NCBI GenBank assembly: GCA_964016885.1
Contig: OZ024745.1
Span: 86,118,001-86,182,000 of the forward strand
Direction of reading: 5' to 3'
DNA from: Eledone cirrhosa
Lineage: Eukaryota
DNA length: 64,000 bases
Below the pieces are notes generated by a model. The model was given only the letters and a program-made list of their open reading frames with translations, made no database searches and was not told the origin of the DNA. Positions 24,913-38,065 of the stretch are shown piece after piece (positions within the stretch are counted from its first letter, which is position 1; the number at the start of each line of letters is the position of its first letter). The translations under genes and the position numbers were made by a program.

Positions 24913-25844
24913 CCAAATTAAATTGGAAAACAATTTTTTGGGTTCTTTCAGTAATACAGAACTGGTCTAGATTGTTACTAATGTACAATGTGTGTTAGTT
25001 TTTGAATTTTCTATATCTTCAATCATTAATCTGGTTTTATTATGGAAGAAATGCCGTTCTCCTTATAACCAAAATATAGAACTTAAATTCCTATTATCCT
25101 TAAAACTAGGCCAGCAATTATCCAGTGTATTACTGGTACTTTATTTTATCGACCTCGGCGGGGTTTGAACTCAGAATGGCAAGGGCCGTAACTCTATGCA
25201 TCAAAGCATGGCGTCTGACCCTCTACCGATACTGCCAATCCACCGATATATATGTAATAATGTAATGTAATTGTATAACAAAAGGATGAAGAAAAACTTG
25301 TGTCTTAAATACTTACTACGTAATAACATTTACCTGAATTCAATTTACGGAAGCAAATGTCTTTGGAATTATTCCAAAATTTGAATGAAATCAGTTTTTA
25401 GAAGGCTGAATAATTTTAGGTTTAGTTTTTATAACCCCAGATCATGAACTTTAAAAAAATATACCCTTAGCATTTAAACCAGCATTATACCCTTAGCATT
25501 TAAACCAGCTGTATCTGGCCAGAATTCTCTCACCTCTTTCTGTTCAAACAAACCGTAACTGACCACTCATACTGATGTTAGGGTATTGTTCTCAAAATAA
25601 ATATCATCAATCTCATAGATTCAATATTATGTGAGATAATTATATGAGATACAGCCTTTATTGCGAAAATATAATAGTAAATATTGAGTAATGTAAATGC
25701 TAAAGCGTTAAATTATCAATTTATTTTTAAATATATAGCATTTTAAAACTTTATATACAGTGGCAGTGCCCCAACATGGCCTCAGCCTCTCGGTTGGAAT
25801 ACGCAATAGATAATAAAATAACTAATGTACTTTTACTTTTGCAG

Positions 25845-25895
25845 GTATTCAACTCAAGGAAGTTGCGATCTGATTCTCTCATAGGTTCCTTTAAG
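25845..25895 (+). CDS. Ferlin exon VFNSRKLRSDSLIGSFK (C2B)
   Basis: Acceptor ttttgcag, donor AAG|gtaaaa, 17 codons, phase 0-0. Matches ferlin VYNS.SLR.D.L.G.FK. Confidence 0.92.
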
Positions 25896-25976
25896 GTAAA
25901 ATATTTTTTATTCTTCCATAATTTCACGTTGATATCAGAAAGCAAGACGCAGTATAAATAATTGTAAAGAAAAATA

Positions 25977-26302
25977 CAGTGTACCCCCGGTATCCACGGT
26001 CCCAGTTATTCGCGGAATTTTCTTTAGAACCTAACTAATATTTGTTCGTAGAAACCACCGCACATTCGCGGAATTGTAAATATCTTCTGCGATTTTCTTT
26101 TATGGCTATTTTCGTGGCAAAATATATTTTTTCACGCTTTTTAACGCTATATTATTAATAATATACCGTATTTGCTGGCCTATGTTTTACGTTATGTTTT
26201 GACGTTTATAGGCATTTTTATGGACCACGTCCAATATTCGCGGTTTTTCACTCTTCGCAGGTGCTCTACGAACGTAGCCCCGTGAATATCGGGAGACAAC
26301 TG
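25977..26302. mobile_element. Tc1/mariner (Tigger/pogo-like) MITE
   Basis: TA-flanked TIRs cagtgtacccccggtatccacgg / ccgtgaatatcgggagacaactg. Confidence 0.75.
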
Positions 26303-26760
26303 TATTGTTAATAATTTTTTGTAGCATTGTTATTATCTCAATACTGAGAAGTGTTGAGGATTTAATCAAGGTTAATTTTATTAATGACCTAACCATAGAC
26401 AATGTGGTAATATTTGGATGATAAATATTGCTTACCTAATATTGTTAGTGATGGGTAGCATATGCTACATTATCTTGTCACATATGGTAGCAATATTCTA
26501 TAACTCCCAATCGTTACGCTTTTAAATATGTGATAGTTTTAAATGTACTTGATGTTCTAGGACATATTTATTTCATATGAATATATGAAAAGTGAGTGTT
26601 GTCGTCATTCAGTATTGATTTACTAAAATTTACAAGTTCTGTTATAATTGACAGGATTTCATTTGTGTGGACTTCCATCTATATTTAGGTTGTTTCAAAA
26701 TAGTTTTCTAGCATATTGTTGAATGACTAATCACTATCGACAATCTATAAATCACGTCCT

Positions 26761-26921
26761 TGCCACTGGTGCAGCCAATCGTTGGGGTGCCACACTAGAT
26801 GTGCCACTGGTGTAGCTAGCCGTTGGGGTGCCACACTAGATGTGCCACTGGTACAGCCAGTCGTTGGGGTGCCACACTAGATGTGCCACTAGTGCAGTCA
26901 GTCATTGAGGTACCACTCTAG
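26761..26921. repeat. 41-bp tandem repeat x4 at the 3' end of an RTE fragment
   Basis: Unit tgccactggtgcagccagtcgttggggtgccacactagatg, contiguous with no spacers. Confidence 0.85.
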
Positions 26922-26924
26922 ACA

Positions 26925-27620
26925 CTTTCATAGTCAACTGTCACCACAGGTCTCTATTTTCCATCATGCATAGAAGGGTCTCATCATTGTGACCAGTCCA
27001 GTGTTTGATGTTGTCAAACTAGGATTTGCTTCGTTTTGCCTCTCCTTCACCCTCCCTCAATTATGCCCTGAAGGATGGTTTTAGACAAGTAATTGTAACA
27101 AGATACATGACCATACCAGGCAAACTTCCATCTTTTCACCATTGCAAGGAATGTTTCCTATCTGCCTGCATATTTGTTAACTTGTTACCTGACAAAGCTG
27201 TTTGTTTTATGCTCCGTGTATTGGATGTTTAGCAACCTTCTAAAGTACTTGTGCTCGAATGACTGGATTCTTTGTTCCATGTCAGCTGTGAGAGTCCAAC
27301 CCTCACACCCATACAAAAAGATCGAAGTCACCAAGGACTTGTATAGTTTGAGCTTTGATGGAAAACTAATGGAGTTGCTCCTCCCTATGACATTCAGCTT
27401 TACCATGGCAGAAGTGGTCAGGATGAGTCTTGTCAGAGATTTGTTGTTTGGTCAGAGCGGATCCTACGTTAGTTGAAGGTGTCCACTTCTTCAAGTTTTC
27501 CACTGCTCAGCATGATGTCGGTTGTTGTATTCAGACTATGGCCAAAAGAATCTTGTTCTTTTCTGAGCTCATCTCCATTCTGTTCTGTGTGCTCCTGATA
27601 TTTTTTCAAGTCTGGTAACA
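26925..27620 (-). mobile_element. Decayed RTE (BovB-like) RT C-terminal fragment
   Basis: KLKLYKSLVTSIFLYGCEGWTL...IQSFEHKYFRRLLNIQY, then KLAWYGHV...EGEGEAKR. Confidence 0.8.
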
Positions 27621-27859
27621 GAAAATAGCTACAACAATCAGGAAAAATGAAATATAATGTCTATAAATGATTATAGGCTTTTAATATGCAGAGTTATTTC
27701 TGCTTTGTTCTGGCTCTTTGCATTTCAAGTTCAAATTCCATCATGGTTAGCTTTGTTTTTTTTGGGGTTTTTTTTCTCATATAGAGTTGATATATTAAGC
27801 ACCAGTCCATGGCAGTGGCTTGATGGAGCTGTTTGTGTTCTGAGTTTTCCTGTGACACC

Positions 27860-28290
27860 TTAGTCTTAGGTTCTTCCGTGGCTTTCGGTGCATCGAGCAG
27901 TAGGTAGTCGCCAATGGTCACGATCAGTGGAGACATTTTTGCATCTGTACCAAGTGATGTTGGCTGCCATCAGGTCTTTTTGGAACGTTCATCACCAGGT
28001 GATCCTGGAGCAACCCCGTTTCTGTTTTCCGCCAGGTGGAGTCCAACTCATCACTGTTTTCGAGTGCCATTCGTTGGGCAGGTGCAGAATATGGTGCAGC
28101 TCTGTTACCGCCCACTGCAGCGTCCACGACTCGGCTTTCTGCAGGATTTCCTTGTTTCACACTCGGTCGCGCCAGGACACAGGAAGGATCCTTTGCAGAC
28201 ACTGCTGGTGGAATTCATTCAGCCTGTGACATCACTGATGCTAAATTATGTCATCTCTTACCTTTCTCGTGGATAAAAATTGTGGGCATG
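27860..28290 (-). mobile_element. Decayed RTE 3' fragment
   Basis: Minus strand HILHLPNEWHSKTVMSWTPPGGKQKRGCSRITW...DRDHWR. Confidence 0.7.
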
Positions 28291-28900
28291 GAGAGGGGTG
28301 GCTTTTATGCATGTTTTACTATTGATCTTTCACAAAAATAAAAAAGTTTTGCTCAGGCCTGCACCTTGGGAAGAAACTTCCCAATGTGCAAATTTATAGC
28401 TTCACAAGACTTGTGGAAGCCTTAAAATAAAGTCATTATAATCATTTTGAGTTTCAAATGAATAAAACATTAAGAGAACAATCGAGATATATTTCCTTTT
28501 AAGATGATGATTTTCTCTGTGTTTAATGAAATTAATCAGTGAAGATGCTACCATAAAAATTGATGAAATAAGAGATTTTTTTTTTTTAACATTTAGTGTC
28601 TGAGCAGAATATAATTACAATTTCTGGTGGAAAAGAGTTTTTGTGGGTTTTGGCATTCATACATGGCTACCAAAGTAACTGAAATAATCACAGCTTAACC
28701 CTTTAGCATTATAGTATGGACTGGGTGCTTTCATATATGCTTCTATTGTGAATAATGCTATTAGTATTACTTTAAAAGTATAATGCTGCTTATGACAATG
28801 AGTTATATATTGTGCTATAAAACATTGTTGACAAACATAATAAATTGCATTTGTATGTTTATAATCTATTTTTTGTTTTGTTTTTTGTTTGTTCCCTTAG

Positions 28901-29047
28901 ATGGATATTGGTATGGTCTATGATGAACCTACACATGCATTTATTGGAAAATGGCTTCTTCTCAGCGACCCAGATGATACATTAGCTGGCTGTAAAGGTT
29001 ACCTCAAAATATGTGCTATTGTTCTTGGACCAGGTGATGAATCACCT
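28901..29047 (+). CDS. Ferlin exon [49 protein letters not shown] (end of C2B, start of FerI)
   Basis: Long T-rich tract plus cttag acceptor, gtaagt donor, 49 codons, phase 0-0. Carries the hallmark ferlin KWLLL.DP.D...G.KGYLK...VLG.GDE.P. Absent from the ORF track. Confidence 0.95.
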
Positions 29048-29440
29048 GTAAGTTGAAGATATTTTAATTACCCTCTGCTTGTGTGTTGTGTTGTATGTAA
29101 TGTTGTGAAAATTTACTTATGCAGGTTTCATTGTTATTTTTTCCACTAATATTTTTTCCATTACTTTCTACAGGAATTCAGTCTGTTAGTTCATAGTTAT
29201 CCCTTATCATCCCAGTTCATTAGATAAGTTTGGTCCAATGCAAAACCTTTATCCACTTCAAACCATCAAGGAAACTGGTATTGACTGTAATCTTCCAAAC
29301 TCTCCTTCTCCATCTGTCTCATCAACATCTACAGTTACTGAGTACCAAAAATATCTCAAGTTACTGCAACTAAGTAACTGATTTTGATGGTGTCGAGAGC
29401 TGTTCTCCAACCTCATTGAAATCTCTCTCTGTCTATCTTT

Positions 29441-29486
<46 letters not shown>

Positions 29487-29499
29487 AACTACTTATATA

Positions 29500-29800
29500 T
29501 GTATATATCTTTCTACCTTGTTATTTTACTAACTCACCACCTACGCTTTTTCCACCACACTGCTCTACTACCCCCCCACACACACACTACCACACTATGC
29601 CACCCTGGACCTCTACACCCCTCGCCACTAACATTTTTTTTTTCCGTCCCTTACTACTCCTTTGAGTTTCTGATCTCCCCCTATCCAAACTTTCCTAATG
29701 AAGGACTTCTGTCCGAAATGTTGAAACCTCCACTTCCACCGAACATAAACCTAATATAGCTGTGTAAAATTACTTCCTATGTTTTGTTCATTTTTCAACT
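29500..29800 (+). mobile_element. Penelope-like element terminal remnant with degenerate hammerhead motif
   Basis: A C-rich tract followed by cctaatgaa-ggac-ttct-gtcc-gaaatgtt at 29694-29722, embedded between (TA)n runs. Confidence 0.5.
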
Positions 29801-30419
29801 ATATTTATATATATATATATATAAAGTAGTTCCAGCTAAATCCTGTCAAAAAACTTGCCATATGGTTTAAATACACAGCAAGTCTCTGATTTCCGAATGC
29901 CTAAATGTCAACAGCAGGAGTTATGACTTTGATGTGGCCCAGCTACCTTAGAGTGTAAGAAGTTAAAGGCCAAAATGAGACAAATATGCACACTCACCCT
30001 GTTTCTCTTGTTGAAAAGATGCTTTATGCTGAACTATCATCAACTAACCATTATTTTTACTTATGGTCTACATATATGGGTTGATAATAATTAATTGTTT
30101 CTACTTTAGGCACAAGGCCAGCAATTACCAGTGCATTACTGGTACTTTATTTTATCGACCCCGTAAGGATGAAAGGCAAAGTCAACCTCGAATTAATGAT
30201 TCTTCATAAGTTGTAAATTAACTAATCTGGTTATTGAAAGTCATGTTCTATCAACAACAGAACATTTGTTTGTATTCTATGTGATCAAAATGTAGAGTTT
30301 AGTTTACAAATAATGTCTGCTGTATACAAGTCAAAATTTTGATTAATAGTCATGTTTATATTTTTTATTGAACGTAAAATAATATAACCTTTTTTATGTG
30401 GTTTTCTTTTGACTCATAG

Positions 30420-30434
30420 ATGAAAACATTAGAG
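30420..30434 (+). CDS. Candidate 15-nt ferlin microexon (MKTLE)
   Basis: ttttcttttgactcatag|ATGAAAACATTAGAG|gtaagt. Perfect donor, phase 0-0, and frame-compatible with the flanking exons. Confidence 0.6.
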
Positions 30435-33400
30435 GTAAGTCATTAAAAGTGATTTTCATAATCAGCTGGAATTCATTTTATCATAAGCTTTTTTTCTAAT
30501 TGCTATTTAGTATTACAGACAAGTTAATTTTGCTTAATTTCATTAGTTCTTGCTTCCATAAATACATTAATAATCTTCATTATATCACCACAATGTTCTG
30601 GCATGGCTTCAGTGGGTGTCATATATAACATCCTAATCTTGTCATCTCACGTGTGAGGTCTTATGATTTCATGTCAGAACTTCTTAGTTATGAAGTCTTC
30701 CTTGATCTAACTCTTTTGTGGGTTACCTTCAAGGCAATTCTTTTTCTCAGCATGCATGATTCATTTTACATTTTATATCAAATTTGCATAGCTATCTTTT
30801 TTGCATACATCATCCAATGTCTTTAATAGGCAGTTGCATGCCAACAATTTGTAATCAACCATTATAAAGTTGGCATATCATTCTTCATCAATTGCAGCAC
30901 ACTTTTACTTACTCATAATCTACTGCCCAAAAGATCATTGCACTGCTTATTCCATGAGAAAATGTTACCACAACAAAGATGGCAGTTCTCTCAAAATCTT
31001 CTGATCTATCCATTGTTTCACGATCATTTGCAGTATTGGTAGAAAGTCAGACACCATGCTTTGCAGCATAGTTATGGCCCTTTACGTTCTGGCTTCAAAT
31101 CTCTCTGAGATTAACTTTGCCTTTAATCCTTATGGGGGTTGATAAACTATAGCACCAGTAATGCACTGGAGTAATTGCTGGCCTTGTGCCAAAAGTAAAA
31201 ACAATTAATATTTATCACACAATTTATAACACCTATCAACTACATATTTCTATCAAATGATCAAGTCTACATAGGGTTGCATTTTAAATGTTGATGTCCC
31301 ACAAGCCTACAAGAAATATCACTACATCTTTTATCTGCTAATTCTTTACAATGATAACATTGTAGACTCCATATCTATCATATTCTATTTTTACACATGA
31401 AGCAAGGCTGTATTACCATTGTGCTAGTGACATTTTTTTACTTCTGATACTAGCAACTTTAATTTTGGCCAGACTCTTTCAATCCTTTTGATTTCAGTGC
31501 TTTGTCCAAATTATAAAATTACTTCGTATTAAGACTCTCTACATATAGATATCCATGACCATCATTTCTTTAGTTGCTCAAAGACTTGGATGAAATGGTT
31601 GAGAATACCAGCATATTAAATTCTTTACCTTGTTCAGCATTAATATTAATCATATTTCTCACTCTTTCATGCTTATACATATTTCTGATCATAAACCAAT
31701 CATCTTAACTGTCACCATGCTCAGTGTCTAAAAACATTTGCTTAAACATTTTTATTTGCAATTGCCTCCAAACATCCTGTATCTCATAAAACTGCATTAG
31801 CAAGACATTCTTGAAAAATAGAAAATGCATCAAATAAAAAAAATTGAAGCCTTTACTCTAAAACCACGTTTTCACAATGATCTGTCAACTAATAAAGATA
31901 CTATAAAGATTTTAATTAACAAACCTATTTTTAAATATCTTCTACTAAATCATTACAGACTGTTCTTGGTATGTAGTTAAAGATTTTTCAGTAGAGCAAA
32001 AAAAAAAAAGAAGAATTTTTTGCCTATCAATAAAACAAATTAACACCATTGAATTGTTATCTGGGATAGATCTAACTACTTTGAGCAGTTACAACACAAG
32101 CTGATATATTTGCTTGAAAAAAAAAAAAAAATTACAAAGGATCTATTTTCAGTTAGGTATAGAGAAACGTTAGGACTGAGTTCTAGACAAATTGCTTTAT
32201 ATTGTATAAAGGAACTGACCTCTCATTAGCAGTATCGGTAGAGCGTCAGACGCCATGCTTTTCAGTGTAGAGTTATAGCCCTTTACATTCTGAGTTCAAA
32301 TCCAGCCGAGGTTAACTTTGCCTTTCATCCTTACGGGTCAATAAAATAAAGCACCAGTAATACACTGGGGTATTTGCTGGCCTTGTGCCAAAAGTAGAAA
32401 CAATTAGTTACTGAAAGTTATTTTGACACAGACATGCAAATGCATTATACAATCAAAAGGGGAATTGAGTTATGAAAGAGCAATGTGTTATCAAAAAGAC
32501 TATACCCCAAAATATTTTACATCAAGCATGCAAAATAATTTTCATATGTCAATATTTTTTTTTTTTCGAATCCTTTAAAATCCAAATATTTCAAATAAAT
32601 TTAGAATGTTAAGATGAAGTTAAATTTGAAATATGGGGTCAGTTTAGTATCTAAATTTTGATCAGAAGTCAATTATATAGTAAACATTTTTTCTTGAAGC
32701 ATCTGAAAATCAGTTTGTGAAACTAAGTTGGTATCACCCAGCAGTCTCATTGCTGATCAGAAGTTGTATGTCATCATCATCATCATTTAACATCCACCTT
32801 CCATGCTAGCATGCGTTGGACAGTTTTGTTCCACTTGAAGCGAGATTGGTTGGGAGACTGTTTCACTCGTACCAAACTGTCTGTGGCAGGTTTTCTACGG
32901 CTGGATGCCCTTCCTAACACCAACCACATTTACAGTGTGGACTGGGTGCTTTTTGTCGTGTTACCTGCAAGGCCACTTTGCAGTAGACGGAAATGTGTTA
33001 ATAGATTTCCATAACAGCCATCATTTAATAACTGATCCCTTCACAAAAAGCCTATTTGGTTTTCTGAATGGCATGCTTAACAACAAAAATCACTTTGAAT
33101 TTTTTAGTATGATGTATTATGTACCATGTGCATTATTGCTCGAAAAAAAGGTTACCCATGCTTGTTCTAAACTAATTATAAAATTATATACTGGAGTCAC
33201 ATTGAATCAGTGGGTGTAAATAGTATTCTACCATGTGAAATGTAACTAAAAAGGTGAGGGAGGGGTCAGGAAAGTTAAATTTCTAGTGTAAAATCATTTG
33301 ACCTTTTTATAAACAAAGTAGGTCAAATGTTTGTTTTTTTTCATTTGGTTGACATACATGGAACTGGACAGTTCTGTAAAAGAAATCATGGAAGTGTTAT

Positions 33401-33603
33401 ATAATTGATAAACAAGCCAGTTGTGGTAACATGTATGTGGTACATGTTGACGGAGAGTCAGACCAAAAAGATAGAGAAGGATATGTAGTATTTCTACACT
33501 AAAGATACACAACACACATGTGTAAAGTAGTTCGACTCACACTATATATATTTCTTGCCAATAGAAGGGTCATAGCTTCACAGTAGATAGAATTAGTCTA
33601 AAT

Positions 33604-33907
33604 CTGAGTTTCTCAAACTTTTTGGGCCACCGCCCCCCCTCATGGCCATGTAATACCCTCAGCACCCCCAACCCTATTTCCAGAGAAACCAGCCTACATG
33701 CAAATTATGAATATAATAAATATAATATATACTATGTATAAATGAATATATAATTTTTATTTTATTATATTCATATATAGTATGTATCATTTAATATTTA
33801 ATATACTATTATATCATTCCTACTGTCCCCTTAAGCCCCAGTACCCCCCTCCCCGGACGTTCTCAACACCCCTCCGATGGTGGTAGCGTCCACTTTGAGA
33901 ACCCCTG
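33604..33907. mobile_element. hAT (Charlie-like) MITE
   Basis: TIRs ctgagtttctcaaa / tttgagaacccctg with a degenerate 8-bp TSD gtctaaat / gtctaacc. Confidence 0.65.
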
Positions 33908-34064
33908 GTCTAACCAATGTCTTATTCTCTACTATATAATTGTCTCTGTAGTTAAGTATCATTGATACATGGTTCTTGAAATGGGTATGTTTGTGTGGCT
34001 GGTAGTAGTTAAGGTGCTGTTTTGTTGGCTACAATGTTGAACAATTCAGCTGTAAATGGTAAGC

Positions 34065-34305
34065 TGTGGTTTGTTGGTGTTGCTGTTGTAGGTATTGTTT
34101 TACAGGTGGTGTTGTTATAGCTGTTGTTGTTACAACTGTTGTTATAGCTGTTGTTTTACAGGTGTTATAGTTGTTGTTGGTGTTACAACTGTTGTTGTTG
34201 TTACAATTGACTGTTACAGCTGTTGTTACAATTGGCTGTTGTTACAATTGACTGTTGTTACAGCTGTTGTTACAAATGGCTGTTGGTGTTACAACTGGCT
34301 GTTAA
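34065..34305. repeat. (GTT)-rich degenerate minisatellite (continues 34840-34935)
   Basis: Repeated gctgttgttacaa-like units, interrupted by a SINE and a CRE-like fragment. Confidence 0.7.
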
Positions 34306-34569
34306 ATAGTGCATAAAAAATATGAAATAGAATATATAATAATAATAATTGTTTCTACTTTTGGCACAAGGCCAGCAATTATCCCAGTGTATTACTGGTA
34401 CTTTATTTTATCGACCCTGTAAGGATGAAAGGCAAAGTTAACCTCGGCGGGATTTGAACTCGGACCATAAAGGGCCGTACCTCTTTGCTGCAAAGCATGG
34501 TGTCCGACCCTCTACCGATACTGCCAGTCCACCGCCCTTATAATAATAATAATGGTAAACATACATATA

Positions 34570-34842
34570 CACCAGGTCCTAATACAGAGGAGCTGAACTC
34601 CCACTGTCATCACTTCCATCTCTCTTTCGTTCCCTATCTCTCGTGTACACCAGGTCTGAACTCAGAGAAGCCGAACTCCCACTGTCATTGCCTCCATCTC
34701 TCTTGCCCTCTCCACCTCTCACTATTATGAGCAAATGAGGTCCCACACGCTGGCTGCCCCATGGCCCCAACGGACAGAATAGAGAAGGCGTTTCCCCAGA
34801 GGATGGTGAGGGAGATGCACTGGAAGAACCATTCCATCTCGC
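34570..34842 (-). mobile_element. CRE-like 3' end with duplicated 3' UTR segment (close copy at 38935-39135)
   Basis: EMEWFFQCISLTILWGNAFSILS here and CDPREMEWLFHRISLAIFRGNAFSILSAG at 38935-39135. Confidence 0.7.
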
Positions 34843-37101
34843 TGTTGTTGTTTCAACTGGCTGTTGTTATAACTATTGTTGCTGTTATAATTTGTTGTTA
34901 TAGCTGTTGCTGCTGTGACTGATTGTTTTTGTTATAAGTGTAGTAGTCGTCTGATACAGATGTAGTTGAGGAAAGACCTTTAATAGACCACCGACAAGTG
35001 AGAGAGAAGAATATCTCAACAAAAGTCATCATTGTCATTCATTGCCTGAAGAACAGCAAGGCAGCAGTGTGTGACAAGATAATTAAGATATAGCGTAGAT
35101 GTTGCTGCAGAAGATTTGCAGCATCCTTACAACTCAACATGGGCCAAAGAAGTTGCCATCAAGACCTGGGGTGATGGAGTGACCCAAGAAAGGAACTTTG
35201 ACTGCAACAACAGGTGTGGAACAACCCTTATTCCAGTCTATGGAAAGGTGTTTTTGCAGTGTCATCTTTGCCCTCTTGAAGAATACAATTGATGAACATT
35301 TATGAGAGGAACAGGATAGGGGTTATGTAGTGTAACCTCATTAAGCTGACTCACAATTTCCAGCAGCTACTTGTGGTCAACACTAACCTCTAGAAGGCCT
35401 TCAATGGTGTACTCAGGGAGACCCTATGGAAGCTGTATGGAGTGCCTACCCACTACAGCAACATCCTGTTTTTACTTTGTTGTCAAAATAATTCTCTACT
35501 TTAGGCACAAGGCCAGCAATTACCCAGTGCATTACTGGTACTTTATTTTATCGACCCCGTAAGGATGAAAGGCAAAGTCAACCTCGGCGGGATTTGAACT
35601 CAGATCATAAAGGGACGTAACTATGCTGGAAAGCATGGTGTCCGACCCTCTACTGATACTGCTAATCCACCGCCCTTGATTAACTCAAAATAATGTGAAC
35701 AGATAAGCATGACATTTGAAAATTAATGTGATTGCTAAAGGGTTAACATCCATTTTTCCATGCTAGCATGGGTTAGACGAGCTGTTGTGATGTGAGGCAA
35801 GCCAGATCATATCTTGCTCATACATAACTGTTTCTGGCTTGGTTTCTATGGCTGGATGCCCTTACTATTGCTAAATATATTTAGTTAAATGTATTTTAAT
35901 TATATTATTCTACTGTTTTAATGGACATGGATATATAATTAGCCGGACTCTGACCAGTGGTGGTGGAAAAGGGAAGGGGAAGACCAATAGAGAAGAAAAT
36001 GGATGAGGAAACATTTGTGACAAGAATAGCAGCAGTATATACACATACAGTACAAACATTTTAAGGTTATTTTCTTGCTAAAGCATAGGTTAGACTTTCT
36101 GGCTCAAAGACAAGCTTCATATCAATCATGAGGCTCTTTTCTAGGCAATATTTTATGGCCAATTACCCTTCCTTACAACAAGCAGGGATATAGTGTACCT
36201 ATTCTAAACTGGATACACATACACACACTTGTGTGTACATATTCATATGTAGGGTAGTCACAAGGGAGAATGATAAAATGACAGAAATGGGTAAGGAAGA
36301 GATATACAAAGAAGAGGAAGGAAAGAGTACCTTTGTATAATAAGCTTAATTATTACAAAGAAACTTATGACGATGTGCTCGCAAATGAGCAGCATTTTGA
36401 ACATTTAATGTAATCAAACTTGTATAAATTGCTGATGTACTACTTTTTAAAGAAAGTTTATTACGACTATGGACTCTTTTTTTTTTTATTTTTTTTTTAA
36501 TTATTTATTATAAACTCTGTGTAAGTTGGTTTGGTAAAGTATATTTACAGGGAAATTTACTTGAAAATTTACTTGAAAATCCTTTGTTTCATTAATTTTA
36601 TTTTCATTAATTTGCATATATTTATATACATTGCTTACTGCAAGGCCATTTTATGCTTAGCTTTATTTTAATTTTATTTCATCATCATCATCATCATCGT
36701 TTAACGTCCATATTCCACGCTTGCATGGGTTTGGACGGGAGTTTTCCCACTTGAGGCAAGAGTGGTTGTCTTGCTCGCATAGGACTGTCTGGCGGGTTTT
36801 CTACGACTGGATGCCCTTCCTAACACCAACCACATTTACAGTGTGGAACTGGGAGGTTTTTACCGTGTTGCCTACACGGCCACATTACAGCGTGGACTGT
36901 GTGTTTTTTTGTCGTGACACCTACACGATTATTCATTATTCATTTAAGAAATGAGGATAAGAATATTATACATGTCTCTTCAACGTTGTTTTGATTTCTG
37001 AACAGAGCACAATTATTTTAATAAAGCTGTGATGGTAATCATTTCAATGATAAGTATATATCACTGATAAATTTCTTTAAGGTTAAAATCTTTCTTTGTA
37101 G

Positions 37102-37145
37102 TCTATTAAAGCAGCAAGTCAGAATGAAGCTGAAGACATTGAAGC
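37102..37145 (+). CDS. Ferlin exon SIKAASQNEAEDIE(A) (FerI)
   Basis: Acceptor tctttctttgtag, donor GC|gtaagt, 44 nt, phase 0-2. EDIE matches the ferlin EDIE.NLL motif. Confidence 0.85.
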
Positions 37146-37165
37146 GTAAGTATTATAATGCATCG

Positions 37166-37830
37166 AGGGTGGTGGATTGGTTGTAAAATCGGTAGAGCAT
37201 CAGACACCATGCTTTGTGGCATAGTTATATCCCTTTATGTTAGGCGCATGGCTTAGTGGTTAGAGCATTAGGCTTGGAATCGAAAGGTTGTGAGTTCGAT
37301 TTTCGAACCGGGTGATGTGTTGTGTCCTTGAGCAAGATGCTTTATTTCACGTTGTTCCAGTTTACTCGGCTATAAAAATGAGTTGCGATCCTGCCAAATC
37401 AATAGGTAGCAGTAGTTCCAGCTGCACACATCGAAAAAGACTGGTGTAGTGGCTCTGAGGACAATGCGGCTTTGCAGATGATCAATGCAAATTGACAATG
37501 GAAAGGCGTTCCTGCTCGAGTTAGAAGAGAACTATTGACATTCAGGAGAAGCAACAACCCTGATTATATTCAACAACTGAAACAAATATGAAGTACACCA
37601 AATCCAATGTTCCTAGGGGCGGCCCTGGTTCTTCTTACTTGCGTGTGTAAACTCGGCCTGATTAGATGATTAGATTAAATTTATGTTCTGTTTTCAAATC
37701 CTATTAAGGTTAGTTTCGCCTTTCATTCTCACGGGGTCGATAAAATAAAGTACTAGTAATGCACTGGGGTTGATTTAATCGACTTTCCCTCCCCAAAATT
37801 GCTGGCCCTGTGCTTAAATTAGAAGCCATC
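37166..37830 (+). mobile_element. SINE A interrupted by a SINE B insertion (37221-37680)
   Basis: The SINE A head stops at ccctttatgtt and resumes after tttatgtt, an 8-bp TSD. The insert has the family B head and core and an (ATTAG)n tail. Confidence 0.8.
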
Positions 37831-38065
37831 ATAATACATCTATAGGGTGATGGATTAGCAGAATCCTTAGAGCATCAGACAAAATGCTTTAACGGAATTT
37901 AGTTACAGCATTTTACGTTGTTCAAATCTGGCTGAGGTCGACCTTGTCTTTCATTTTTTCAAGGTTGATAAAGTATCGGTCAAATACTGGTGTGAACAAA
38001 ATTCTACACCACCCCACCCTCACATACACCACCCCACCTCACCCAACTATACCCCATCCTATAAA

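Noticed and set aside
26761-26921. CRISPR-like array
   Set aside because: Contiguous 41-bp units without unique spacers, eukaryotic context and no cas genes.
23991-37145. Assigning a specific symbol (DYSF, MYOF or OTOF)
   Set aside because: The peptide looks closer to dysferlin/myoferlin, but invertebrate orthology cannot be fixed without a phylogeny.
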